From: Candidatus Cloacimonadales bacterium
GTDB lineage: Bacteria > Cloacimonadota > Cloacimonadia > Cloacimonadales > JAFGVF01
Assembly: GCA_963667035.1 (NCBI GenBank)
Contig: OY762964.1
Coordinates: 1,056,001-1,120,000, forward strand
Length of the DNA stretch: 64,000 bases
Direction: 5' to 3'
Shown: piece by piece, positions 10,104 through 19,870 of the stretch
Layout: each line of letters starts with the position of its first letter
Position numbering within the stretch: position 1 is the first letter of the stretch
Translations under genes and position numbers: made by a program
The notes under the pieces: generated by a model
Database searches by the model: none
Told to the model about the DNA's origin: nothing
What the model saw: the letters and a program-made list of their open reading frames with translations, nothing else

Positions 10104-11417
10104 ATGTTAGATACAAGTTTGAAATATGGGGTCTTAGGATTTGCAAGAAGCGGTCTAGCTGTAGCCGATAAGCTCAAATCCAAGGGTATTGACTATATTA
10201 TTTCTGAAAGTAAATCCAGTGATAAGTTTGATTCCGAGTTAATCGGAAACTATCATTGTGAATTCGGTGGTCACAGCGAAAGATTGCTTAATAGTGACAT
10301 CATTATTGTTAGTCCCGGTGTACCTTATAGAGCTCCTATTATTAAAAAAGCCATGGAAAAAGGGATTGAAGTTATTTCCGAGATTGAGTTTGCATACAGA
10401 ATTAAGCATCCGAATTCAAAAATCATTGCAATAACCGGTTCTAATGGTAAAAGTACTACAGTAAGTCTTATTCATCATATTCTTAAAGAAGCAGGATATA
10501 ATTCTATTCTAGCAGGTAACATTGGAACAGCTTTTTCCGGATGTGACATTGAAAATCCAAATGTAGATTTCATAGTTCTTGAAGTCAGTAGTTTTCAACT
10601 TGAACTTATCAAAGATTTTAGACCTGATGTAGCTGCTGTACTTAATGTTACTCCTGACCATTTGAATCGCTATGATGATTTTGAACACTATGGATTAACA
10701 AAGTTAAAGATTTTCGATAATATGAATAATAATGTGATTGCAGTAGTTAACTCAGACGATGAGTTTCTAAACAGTAAGAATGAATTTATAAATGGTAATA
10801 TTCTTAAGTTCTCACTCAAAAAGGCAACTGATTGCTATTTAGATGAAAATAGCATTAAAACGTCCAATCACTCGTATAGTATAGATACACTTCCCATATA
10901 CGGACCACACAATATTGCAAACATGATGGCAGCTATATTATGCTTAAGTCCTTACATGGGCTCAGATAAGGTTATTGAATATTCAAAGGGATTTAAAGCT
11001 TTAAATCATAGACTTGAGCCTGTCAGAGAAATCGGAGGTGTCAAATTCTTCAACGATTCAAAGGCAACAAATACAGATTCTGTTAAATATGCTCTACAGT
11101 CCTTTAAGAATCCTGTCAGGATTATTCTCGGCGGATCAGATAAAGGTGAAGATTTTTCTGTTCTGATACCCTATTTAACTGAACATGCGGTTCAAGTCAT
11201 TCTTATAGGTGAAACAACGAAAAAGATGACTTCTGCATTTAAGGATTTGTCTTTTATAGAAAGAGCAGATACGCTTGAAGATGCTGTTACTTTAGCTTAC
11301 AGCAATGCTAAAAAAGACGATATTATTCTTCTTTCGCCAGCTTGTGCCAGCTATGATATGTTTAACAACTTTGAGCATAGAGGTGAAGTGTTTAAACAGA
11401 TTGTCAGAGGTTTATAA
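10104..11417 (+). CDS. murD: UDP-MurNAc-L-Ala:D-Glu ligase
   Basis: SPGVP, GSNGKSTT, EVSSFQL, NDSKATN, LSPACASYDMF. Confidence 0.97.
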   Translation: MLDTSLKYGVLGFARSGLAVADKLKSKGIDYIISESKSSDKFDSELIGNYHCEFGGHSERLLNSDIIIVSPGVPYRAPIIKKAMEKGIEVISEIEFAYRIKHPNSKIIAITGSNGKSTTVSLIHHILKEAGYNSILAGNIGTAFSGCDIENPNVDFIVLEVSSFQLELIKDFRPDVAAVLNVTPDHLNRYDDFEHYGLTKLKIFDNMNNNVIAVVNSDDEFLNSKNEFINGNILKFSLKKATDCYLDENSIKTSNHSYSIDTLPIYGPHNIANMMAAILCLSPYMGSDKVIEYSKGFKALNHRLEPVREIGGVKFFNDSKATNTDSVKYALQSFKNPVRIILGGSDKGEDFSVLIPYLTEHAVQVILIGETTKKMTSAFKDLSFIERADTLEDAVTLAYSNAKKDDIILLSPACASYDMFNNFEHRGEVFKQIVRGL

Positions 11418-12589
11418 TGAAAACAGTATCACTGCACTATTTCAATAATCAAAAAATATTCTTAATCTGTATTGCTATCTTGGTATTATTCGGTTTTTGG
11501 ATTCAGATTGATTATTACTCCACAAAAGATACCTTTGTTAATTTCTTTATGAAGTATTTCATTTTTTGGGGTGTTGGTCTGTCAGTGATTTTGGTTGTTA
11601 TTAGTAAGATAAACTTGCTCAAGAATATCAGGAATAGTGTGATAGTTTTCAATGCGATAACTATTTCATTGCTTGTTCTGGTCTTATTTTTCGGTATCGA
11701 AGCACATGGAGCAAAAAGATTTTTAAGTATTGGACGATTTACCTTTCAACCAAGTACATTAGCCCGAATGGCAATAATATTCTGTTTTGCTTATGCTCTT
11801 TCAAGGATTAAAGAGAATATTCGCGAGAAGAATCTCTTGCAATTCATCATTCTACTTTTTCCTGCATTATTAATCCTGATTCCTGAATATGGTTTAATTG
11901 CTGTAGGAAAGCACATGAGTACTTTGGTTATAAGTATGACTACACTTGTTGCAATGCTTTGGATTAGTGGTGTTAGGAAGAGGTTCATTGGTGGGATTCT
12001 AGGAATTGGTTTTCTAGCATTTATACTAATGATTGCTTTTGGCAATAAATTCGGAAGTGAATTCAGAATGACCCGTGTAAACATTTTTAGGAAATACTCA
12101 TGGTTCATGCCGGGAGGAAAAGATATTGTTATACCTGGTGGGAGAGATCATCAAGCGAAAGAAAGTTTAATTGCATTAACAGCAGGTGGACTGATTGGGG
12201 TTGGTTCAAACAAAGGATTAGCTAAACATAATTATATTTCAGATGTTAATACTGATTATGCTTTTACTATGATTGCTGAACAGGGAGGCTTCTTAGCAGG
12301 ATTTGTTGTAATAGGAATATATGTAGTATTTCTACTGGTAGTAGCTAGAGAAATGATGAAGGTTAAAAGCACTTACTTAAAACTACTAGGAATGGGACTA
12401 GCTTTTAACATTTTTATGAATGCTATTATACATACAGGTGTTATACAGTCAATTGTAATACCTACAGGACAGACCTTACCTTTTGTTAGTTGGGGAGGTA
12501 CATCCTTTGTTGTTGATTTGGCTTCTGCAGCATTAATATATAATATAATGATACATAAAGGGAAGCTTTATGAAAAAAGCAGTGATTAG
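11417..12589 (+). CDS. ftsW: SEDS family peptidoglycan polymerase FtsW
   Basis: Multi-TM; GAKRF, FQPS, TDYAF, TGQTLPFVSWGGTS. Confidence 0.92.
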   Translation: MKTVSLHYFNNQKIFLICIAILVLFGFWIQIDYYSTKDTFVNFFMKYFIFWGVGLSVILVVISKINLLKNIRNSVIVFNAITISLLVLVLFFGIEAHGAKRFLSIGRFTFQPSTLARMAIIFCFAYALSRIKENIREKNLLQFIILLFPALLILIPEYGLIAVGKHMSTLVISMTTLVAMLWISGVRKRFIGGILGIGFLAFILMIAFGNKFGSEFRMTRVNIFRKYSWFMPGGKDIVIPGGRDHQAKESLIALTAGGLIGVGSNKGLAKHNYISDVNTDYAFTMIAEQGGFLAGFVVIGIYVVFLLVVAREMMKVKSTYLKLLGMGLAFNIFMNAIIHTGVIQSIVIPTGQTLPFVSWGGTSFVVDLASAALIYNIMIHKGKLYEKSSD

Positions 12590-13637
12590 TGCAGGGGGAA
12601 CAGGTGGGCATATTCTACCAGCAATCTCAATCGCAAAAGAGTTGATTGAGAATGGGTGGGAAGTGCATTACATCGGAAACAACGATAGTATGGAAGAGAG
12701 ACTAGTAAATCAAGTTGGCATTCCTTTCTTATCTATTAATGTACAAAAGCTTTACAGACGTATTACCATTAAGCATCTTAAGTTTCCTTTTCTTCTTTTC
12801 AACAGCTACGTAAAATGTGTTAAATATTTTAAATCAATAAAACCCGATATTTATATCGGTTGTGGTGGTTTTGTTAGCGGTCCTGCAGGATTAGCTGCAG
12901 TTAGGCTAAAAGTTCCTGTATACTTACAAGAACAGAATAGTTATCCCGGTATTACTACAAGATACTTATCAAAGCATGCTATTAAAATCTTTACAGCCTA
13001 TGATGCTGCTAAAGCATATTTGAAAACAGATTCAGTACTGAATATCGGTAATCCTACGGGAGTGGACATAAAGAACACCGAATTACTAAATTTTGAAGAA
13101 AACAATCTTAGTAGAGATAGTATCAAACTATTGGTTCTAGGAGGAAGTCAAGGTTCGGTTGTGATTAATAATCTCATCGAGAGTTGTATAGATGAGTTAT
13201 TAAACAGAGGTATAGAAATTATTTGGCAGACCGGTAAAAACAACTTTGCCACCTTAGACAAGAAGTATAAAGGCAGAAGAGGTCTATTATTGTTTGATTT
13301 CACTGATAAGATGAACGAGATGTATAATAGCTCGGATATCATTGTTGCCAGAGCGGGAGCCTTAACCCTCAGTGAAATTCAGATTAAGAAGATTCCCTCA
13401 ATTTTAATTCCTCTACCTACTGCCGCAGAGAATCATCAGTACTTTAATGCAAAAGAACTTGCAGATAAAGGAATGGTTAGAATGATTGAACAGAAGGATT
13501 TAGCAAAAGATGCTTTTCTTAACCTAGTTGATGAAATTTTAATGAATAAAGAAAGCTTTATCAGTTCTTTTCCTGATTTCAAAGTATCAGTACAAAAGCA
13601 AATTGTTAATCAAATAATATCAGATATGGAGTTATAA
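12570..13637 (+). CDS. murG: Undecaprenyl-PP-MurNAc-pentapeptide GlcNAc transferase
   Basis: GGTGGHI, EQNSYPG, GGSQGS, RAGALT, HQYFNA. Confidence 0.97.
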   Translation: MKKAVISAGGTGGHILPAISIAKELIENGWEVHYIGNNDSMEERLVNQVGIPFLSINVQKLYRRITIKHLKFPFLLFNSYVKCVKYFKSIKPDIYIGCGGFVSGPAGLAAVRLKVPVYLQEQNSYPGITTRYLSKHAIKIFTAYDAAKAYLKTDSVLNIGNPTGVDIKNTELLNFEENNLSRDSIKLLVLGGSQGSVVINNLIESCIDELLNRGIEIIWQTGKNNFATLDKKYKGRRGLLLFDFTDKMNEMYNSSDIIVARAGALTLSEIQIKKIPSILIPLPTAAENHQYFNAKELADKGMVRMIEQKDLAKDAFLNLVDEILMNKESFISSFPDFKVSVQKQIVNQIISDMEL

Positions 13638-15008
13638 ATGTTAGGTCGCACAAAACGTATTCATTTTGTAGGTATTGGTGGTATAGGTATGAGTGGGATA
13701 GCCGAATTCCTTTTTAATCAAGGACTGGAGATTACAGGATCGGATATGAAGAAGAGTGAATTGACCGAACATTTAGAGTTTATAGGTATCAAGGTTGCCG
13801 AAGGGCATGATTCCGATTTACTTTTTGATGCGGATGTCGTTGTTAAATCTTCAGCGGTGACAGACGATAACCCTGAAATCCAGAAGGCCATTCAATCACA
13901 TATACCTGTAATAAGAAGAGCAGAAATGCTTGCCGAGATTACCAGAATGAGTATTGGTATAGGCTTGGCCGGAACACACGGGAAGACTTCAACAACTTCA
14001 ATGGTAGGAATGATTTTGAATGAAGCAAAGCTTGACCCTACTATCATTGTGGGCGGAAGAGTTAAAAACTTTGGCTCTAATAATATTATTGGTACAGGTA
14101 AGTACATAGTCGTTGAAGCTGATGAGTATGACCATTCTTTCTTAACCCTTTCACCAATTTTTGCAGGAATTACAAATATTGATGCTGACCACTTGGATTG
14201 TTATAGAAATCTTGATGATATAAAGAATGCATTTGTTGAGTATGCAAACAAAGTACCTTTCTTTGGATGTGTAGTTGCTTGTCTTGACGATAAGGGAGTA
14301 CAATCAATTATACCTAGAATTAATAAAAGAGTTCTTACTTACGGTTTTTCCAGACAGGCAGATTTACAAGCCGTAAATGCTGAGTTTAAAGATTTCAAAG
14401 CTTCTTTTGATGTTGTTTTCAAGGGGTATAAGCTTGGTAAAATAGTAATGCAAGTAACAGGTAAACATAATGTCCTTAATGCTCTTAATGCAATAGGGAT
14501 AGCGTTAGAACTTGATGTGCCGTTTGAGGATATACAGAGTGGACTGAGCAATTATAAGGGAGTATTCAGAAGATTCGAATATAAAGGAACGGGAAAAGAT
14601 GTCATAGTTTATGATGATTATGCTCATCATCCAACCGAGATTATTGCAACATTAGAGGCTTTTAGAGAAAGTACGGATAAGAGAATTATTTTGCTTTTTC
14701 AACCTCATCTTTTTTCTCGAACCAGAGACTTCCATGAGGAATTCGGTCGCTCTTTCTTTTCATGTGATATACTCTTTATTGCTCCAATCTATCCGGCAAG
14801 AGAGAAACCGATTTCAGAAATAAGCGGCAAGCTTATCGCTGATTCTGCTATAAAATCGGGTCACCAACATGTCCACTACATAGATGACAGTTCTGTTATA
14901 GAAGAAACTGTTATGAAACATCTAGAGCCAGGAGACATCTTGCTAACTATGGGAGCAGGACCGATATGGAAGATAGGAGAAAAAATCTTAGGAGAACTCA
15001 CTAAGTGA
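13638..15008 (+). CDS. murC: UDP-MurNAc:L-Ala ligase
   Basis: HFVGIGGIGMSG, GTHGKTSTT, VEADE, DDYAHHPTE. Confidence 0.98.
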   Translation: MLGRTKRIHFVGIGGIGMSGIAEFLFNQGLEITGSDMKKSELTEHLEFIGIKVAEGHDSDLLFDADVVVKSSAVTDDNPEIQKAIQSHIPVIRRAEMLAEITRMSIGIGLAGTHGKTSTTSMVGMILNEAKLDPTIIVGGRVKNFGSNNIIGTGKYIVVEADEYDHSFLTLSPIFAGITNIDADHLDCYRNLDDIKNAFVEYANKVPFFGCVVACLDDKGVQSIIPRINKRVLTYGFSRQADLQAVNAEFKDFKASFDVVFKGYKLGKIVMQVTGKHNVLNALNAIGIALELDVPFEDIQSGLSNYKGVFRRFEYKGTGKDVIVYDDYAHHPTEIIATLEAFRESTDKRIILLFQPHLFSRTRDFHEEFGRSFFSCDILFIAPIYPAREKPISEISGKLIADSAIKSGHQHVHYIDDSSVIEETVMKHLEPGDILLTMGAGPIWKIGEKILGELTK

Positions 15009-15748
15009 TTGAAAAAAAGATTAGAGGGAATAGCCGATATGTAACCTACATGGTTACAGGTTTAATTCTTCTCATGATAATCTTTTTTGTGGGACGTTCA
15101 TATCTTAGAAACTGGAATAAGTGTGAACTTAAAGCAGTAATCATTGAAAATAATGATGTTATTCCGGAGGATAAGATTCAGAGTCTTGTGAGTCCATATC
15201 TGGGGCAGAACATATTTATGATTGACTTAAATGAGATAAAAACGAGTATTCTGGAAGTATATAGAATAGAAGATGTTTCTATAAGAAGAAGACTCTTTGA
15301 TAAGCTTGTTGTGAAAGTTTTCGAAAGACAAGGCTTCATAAATGTCATTACAAGAGACAAAAAAATCTTTACACTGGATAAAGACGCTGTTGTATTGAAC
15401 GAATTTAATTATAACAAAACTGATGATTTCCCAATAATTGATTCGGGACTTTATTCTAGAGATTTCAATGCGGGGGCATCAGTGCAAGATGAATCCGTTT
15501 TAAAAATACTTAATTACCATAAAAAAATACTTGAAGCCAAACCCGAAATTAAAAACTATATCTCTGAGTATTTCCTGGAAGACAATGATATATGTTTTCG
15601 TGAAATAAAGTCGGGAAAGAAAGTGATTATAGATTTGAGGTATCTTGATGATAATATTTCAATGTTTTTTTCAATGCTTGAGAGTTTACGTTACGATGAA
15701 TACGGAACATATATCTTCAAATACAAAGATAAAACCATTAGGAAGTAA
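15005..15748 (+). CDS. ftsQ: Cell division protein FtsQ/DivIB
   Basis: N-terminal TM then POTRA-like region (GQNIF...VKVFER); IDLRY near C-terminus; position before ftsZ. Confidence 0.85.
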   Translation: MIEKKIRGNSRYVTYMVTGLILLMIIFFVGRSYLRNWNKCELKAVIIENNDVIPEDKIQSLVSPYLGQNIFMIDLNEIKTSILEVYRIEDVSIRRRLFDKLVVKVFERQGFINVITRDKKIFTLDKDAVVLNEFNYNKTDDFPIIDSGLYSRDFNAGASVQDESVLKILNYHKKILEAKPEIKNYISEYFLEDNDICFREIKSGKKVIIDLRYLDDNISMFFSMLESLRYDEYGTYIFKYKDKTIRK

Positions 15749-15774
15749 TTACTGCGTTTGCAGAGGAGTTAGAT

Positions 15775-17022
15775 ATGCTAGAATTTGACCAGAAACCTGT
15801 TTTGAAACATGCTAAACTAGTGATATTCGGAGTCGGTGGTGCCGGCTGTAATGCGATAAATAATATGATTGATTATGGTCTCGAAGATGTTGAGTATATT
15901 GCGACAAATACTGACATTGCACATCTAAATATTTCGAAGGCAAAGATTAGAATTCAACTTGGAAAGAAGCTTACTCAGGGAAGAGGTGCAGGTTCTGATC
16001 CTCAAAGAGGTAAGGAAGCTGCAGAAGAAAACTATGAAGATATAAAACACTTAATGGAAGGTGCCGACTTGGTTCTTATCGCTGCAGGAATGGGTGGGGG
16101 AACAGGTACAGGTGCTGCACCTATTATTGCTAAAATAGCTAAAGAGAAAGATATTATCTCCATAGCCGTAGTAACAACGCCTTTTGATGATGAAGGTAAG
16201 ATAAGAAGAGAAAATGCTAAGAATGGTCTTTTGGAACTTAGAAGGTATGTCGACTCATATTTAATAGTTCCCAATCAAAAGATATATGAAGCATATCCTG
16301 ATGTCCCTGCCTTTGACGCTTATAAAGAAGCGGATTTAGTTCTTTTTAATTCTGCTAAAGCTATTGCAGATGTTATTAACAAATCCTATGTAATGAATGC
16401 AGAGCTTTCTGATTTAATAACTATTCTCAAAGAGAATGGTAGAGCTCTGATAGGAATTGGAACTGGAGAGGGTGAGAATAGAGCTGCAGATGCTCTTAGA
16501 AACGCTATCGAAAATCCATTGCTAAACGATGTTACTTTAGAAGATTGTGCTGGCGTTGTTTACCAAATTCTTGCCGGTCAGGATATCCCTACCAGCGACC
16601 TGAGATACATCTCTGAAGAGATTCACAAGTTGGCAGGGGATGATGCACATATCATTCGTGGTGCTCACTTCGATGAAGCAAGTAACGGAAAAATATCACT
16701 TACTGTCATAGCTTCAGGATTAATAGATCCGGACGAATTCTTAAGAGAAAGTGATAAACAGCAAGCAGCTCAAAATGCATTTAGCAACCAAGAATATAAT
16801 CCTAATCAAGGACTTAACCAGAACCTGAATCCTGATTTTATTAACAACCAAGCAAATATGGATTCATATAATACGGGTACTGAACTTGATACAGATGCAC
16901 AAGCAAGGATTGATCAGTTTATGAAAGGAATTAGTTTGTCGGACGAAGACCAAGAAGATGATAACAAGAAAGATTCTCCTCTTAAATCGGAACCGGTTGA
17001 CTTTTCCAGAAGATATCGTTAA
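15775..17022 (+). CDS. ftsZ: Cell division protein FtsZ
   Basis: GVGGAGCNA, NTD, tubulin signature GMGGGTGTG, N/Q-rich linker. Confidence 0.97.
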   Translation: MLEFDQKPVLKHAKLVIFGVGGAGCNAINNMIDYGLEDVEYIATNTDIAHLNISKAKIRIQLGKKLTQGRGAGSDPQRGKEAAEENYEDIKHLMEGADLVLIAAGMGGGTGTGAAPIIAKIAKEKDIISIAVVTTPFDDEGKIRRENAKNGLLELRRYVDSYLIVPNQKIYEAYPDVPAFDAYKEADLVLFNSAKAIADVINKSYVMNAELSDLITILKENGRALIGIGTGEGENRAADALRNAIENPLLNDVTLEDCAGVVYQILAGQDIPTSDLRYISEEIHKLAGDDAHIIRGAHFDEASNGKISLTVIASGLIDPDEFLRESDKQQAAQNAFSNQEYNPNQGLNQNLNPDFINNQANMDSYNTGTELDTDAQARIDQFMKGISLSDEDQEDDNKKDSPLKSEPVDFSRRYR

Positions 17023-17050
17023 TCAAAGTAATAATAACACATAAATAGGA

Positions 17051-17074
17051 AAGCCTGTCAGAAATGACAGGCTT
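17051..17074. terminator. Bidirectional terminator between ftsZ and tRNA-Leu
   Basis: AAGCCTGTCA-GAAA-TGACAGGCTT perfect hairpin with GAAA loop. Confidence 0.85.
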
Positions 17075-17080
17075 AAATTT

Positions 17081-17169
17081 TGGTGCTGAAGAAGGGACTT
17101 GAACCCCCACGTCCTATTCCGGACACTAGAACCTGAATCTAGCGTGTCTACCAATTCCACCACTCCAGC
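17081..17169 (-). tRNA. tRNA-Leu (anticodon CAG)
   Basis: Reverse complement GCTGGAGTGGTGGAATTGGTAGACACG-CTAGA-TT-CAG-GT-TCTAG, long variable arm, GGTTCAAGTCC, ending CACCA. Confidence 0.97.
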
Positions 17170-17369
17170 AATATTGAATTACAGATATTTTGCCTCACTT
17201 CCGATGTCAATATAATTCTTTAGTCCTTTTAGGCGTTCGTTTCAATTTCTCAGTATAGTCAGAAAAGATTTCTACTACCATCTCCCAGCAAATCAGTTCG
17301 ACGATTCTATAGAATAATCAGTAGTCCTAGACTAAATTCTATCCTTTTGTATTCGTTAATGGAAGTTGC

Positions 17370-17453
17370 CGACTTCGTCGTCACAGCAACTCAGAGGAGT
17401 TGCTGTACAATCGTAGTGCAAGTGCCTCACTTGTACATAGCTCAAAGAGCTAT
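17370..17453. repeat. Cluster of REP-like hairpins
   Basis: ACAGCAACTC-agag-GAGTTGCTGT; GTAGTGCAAGTG-cct-CACTTGTAC; ATAGCTC-aaa-GAGCTAT, back to back. Confidence 0.6.
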
Positions 17454-17787
17454 ATTACTGCGTATCATCTTCTGTCTAGCTATCTTAAATGTAACAAACT
17501 ATCAATCGACTTCGTTTTGACCCGCTATTTTCAACTTTCTATGCCCATTCTGCAATACTGTTAAAAACATAAGAATTACTATGGCATAAGGTGTCTATAC
17601 AGTGAGTATAATGTGTTGAATGCCGATAAATAGGGAGAGGAGAGTTAAGAATATCATTCATAGTAACTCTTCGGTTTTTTCACAGGTCACTAAAGTAAAT
17701 AATATGTTGAACTGAAATAGATTAATTCTTGACTTATAAAATCTTTTCATTCTTTTCGAATACAATTATGCAGTAAAAGGGAGTCAG

Positions 17788-19125
17788 ATGTTAATCACAC
17801 ATACAAAAACACAGCTTCTTGCAGATTTCTCATTTCTCCTCCAAACAATGGAAGAGGTACATCCTGATCTCTATTCAGATGTAGATAAATCTCAATGGGA
17901 CAATGAAGTTGAAAGAATCAAAGCAGAGTTAGAAGACGGAATGACATCTCTTGATTTTATCAAAGTTGTAGGCAAATTGGTTGCTTCGATTGGAGATGGG
18001 CATACCTATATCCTGCCATGGATAGATGAGATCACAAAGAATGAGGAGTTTAAGTACTTTCCCTTATCGATGAATTTTGCTAAAGAGAGAACTCTTAATA
18101 ACTACGATATGGGAATAATTAGAGCCGGAGATGAGATTCTGGAAGTAAATGAAATCCCTATGACTCAACTGGTGCAGGAGATGGTGCAATATATCTCAGC
18201 AGAGACTGCCGATTTTAAATACGCAATGTTAGCCCGTCGTTTTACAATCTTACTTACTGCTCTCTATGGAATTGAAGATGTGTATACCCTTAAAGTACGA
18301 AGAAAGAAGGAGATTATTGAGACATCTGTTACCGGGATGACAGGGGCAGAACTTAATGAGTGGGCAAAAACATTACCACAAAAGAAAAATGATGGTAATA
18401 ACTTCAAAATTGAAGATGATATTGGCATTCTAACAATTCCATCGTTTGGAATGTATAAAGAGGACGCTGATACATATAGAGAGTTCATTGATGATGTTTT
18501 CCTACAACTAAAGGACCAAAAGTCTAAACGACTTATCATCGATGTTCGTAATAATGGTGGGGGAGATTCACGGTTGGCAAAATATATTACCAATTATCTG
18601 ACAGAAGAACCTACATATAACTTCGATAGACTCATTTGGAAGAGTAGTAAGCAGATACGAGAATTTGTGCGTGATGATGTTGAGAATGGTACCCATGGTT
18701 ACTATTCACAGTCGGGATTAGATAAATTATTGAGCGTTAATGAGGGAGAGTGTATTGAACAAGATTGTAAATCTTCAGTGAACCCAAATGAACATAAAGA
18801 GAATACATTCCAAGGCGATGTAATTGCTCTTTCTAATCCGCTATGTTTCTCAACCACAACAGACCTTCTAGCCATGATTAGGGATTTTAAGCTAGGTAGG
18901 ATCGTTGGTACGTGTTCCGGTGGGCTTCCTAACAGCTTTGGAGATTGTTATTATTTCAATCTACCAAACACTAATATCTTCTGCTCAGTATCTCATAAAT
19001 TCTTTGTTCGACCCTCAGGTAACGAAAAAGATAATGACTTAACACCTGACTATATTATTGAGCAGTCAGCTGAGGACAAACAAAAGAATTTTGATACAGT
19101 TTTGGAATTTGCCAAGTTATGCTAA
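17788..19125 (+). CDS. S41 family peptidase (no obvious signal peptide)
   Basis: HPDLY, GDGHT, PDZ-like GDEILEVN, IIDVRNNGGG, FS nucleophile region, GRIVG, LPNT, PD. Confidence 0.88.
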   Translation: MLITHTKTQLLADFSFLLQTMEEVHPDLYSDVDKSQWDNEVERIKAELEDGMTSLDFIKVVGKLVASIGDGHTYILPWIDEITKNEEFKYFPLSMNFAKERTLNNYDMGIIRAGDEILEVNEIPMTQLVQEMVQYISAETADFKYAMLARRFTILLTALYGIEDVYTLKVRRKKEIIETSVTGMTGAELNEWAKTLPQKKNDGNNFKIEDDIGILTIPSFGMYKEDADTYREFIDDVFLQLKDQKSKRLIIDVRNNGGGDSRLAKYITNYLTEEPTYNFDRLIWKSSKQIREFVRDDVENGTHGYYSQSGLDKLLSVNEGECIEQDCKSSVNPNEHKENTFQGDVIALSNPLCFSTTTDLLAMIRDFKLGRIVGTCSGGLPNSFGDCYYFNLPNTNIFCSVSHKFFVRPSGNEKDNDLTPDYIIEQSAEDKQKNFDTVLEFAKLC

Positions 19126-19141
19126 TGATTCGGAGGGTAAT

Positions 19142-19302
19142 ATGAAAAGATGTGAATGGTGTGAGGAAAATCGTTGTACATAGACTACCACGATAAAGAG
19201 TGGGGAAACCTCTCCACAATGATAGACTACTCTTTGAATTTTTGATTCTTGAGGGAGCACAGGCAGGATTAAGTTGGTTTACTATTTTGAAGAAGCGGGA
19301 GT
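19142..19302 (+). pseudogene. tag: DNA-3-methyladenine glycosylase I remnant, two frameshifts, 3' truncated
   Basis: GGAGG RBS then MKRCEWCEE / LYIDYHDKEWG / PLHNDRLLFEFLILEGAQAGLSWFTILKKRE across three frames; similarity stops after KKRE. Confidence 0.9.
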
Positions 19303-19503
19303 TCATAGCGAAACAGGGACTTCCGTATAAGGCTCAATTGCTCGGGTTAACGATTTGAAAGGTCTCTTAGGGTGAATTGCTTTAGCTCGAAATGTAGTTC
19401 GATCGTCCCCGGTCGAATTTGCATTGTAACGTAATTGTCCTCAATTGCGATTCTCTAAATTGTTATTTTTTTGAAATTAGTTACAATTCTCAATTTCTAT
19501 CCG

Positions 19504-19653
19504 CTATCATTGCTCTATCACAATAACAATACAAAGTACTTCAAACGGTTGTCTGAAACAAGTCCGAAACTTGGGACCCAAAACAAGAATTGCACAGGGT
19601 TTGCTCAAGAGACTCACCAGTTTTTAGCTCGAATTGTGATAGTACAATGATAG
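19504..19653. repeat. 21-bp imperfect inverted repeat bounding about 150 bp
   Basis: CTATCATTGCTCTATCACAAT (19504-19524) vs ATTGTGATAGTACAATGATAG (19633-19653), 19/21 complementary. Confidence 0.7.
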
Positions 19654-19798
19654 AACATTGAAATCGGAATGATAATTTTTATTGTTATGAAATTAACCTA
19701 TTAGGTTTCAAAAAATCGCAACGATTAGCTATACTGGTTTCGAATCGGAGCTAAGATTAAACTACTTAATCAAAAAGAGTTTATTTGATCCAAACAGC

Positions 19799-19821
19799 AG
19801 GCACATAGAAGCTATGTGCCT
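19799..19821 (-). terminator. Hairpin downstream of the ATPase-Sel1 gene
   Basis: AGGCACATAG-AAG-CTATGTGCCT perfect 10-bp stem, 50 bp past the stop. Confidence 0.65.
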
Positions 19822-19870
19822 TGAGTTTGAACCAATAGTGTCTGTAACAAATTTATAGATGGGTAAAGAC

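Noticed and set aside
17081..17169. tRNA-Leu as the integration site of the accessory region
   Set aside because: Its 3' end faces ftsZ, the accessory DNA is on the 5' side, and I saw no integrase or duplicated tRNA 3' end.
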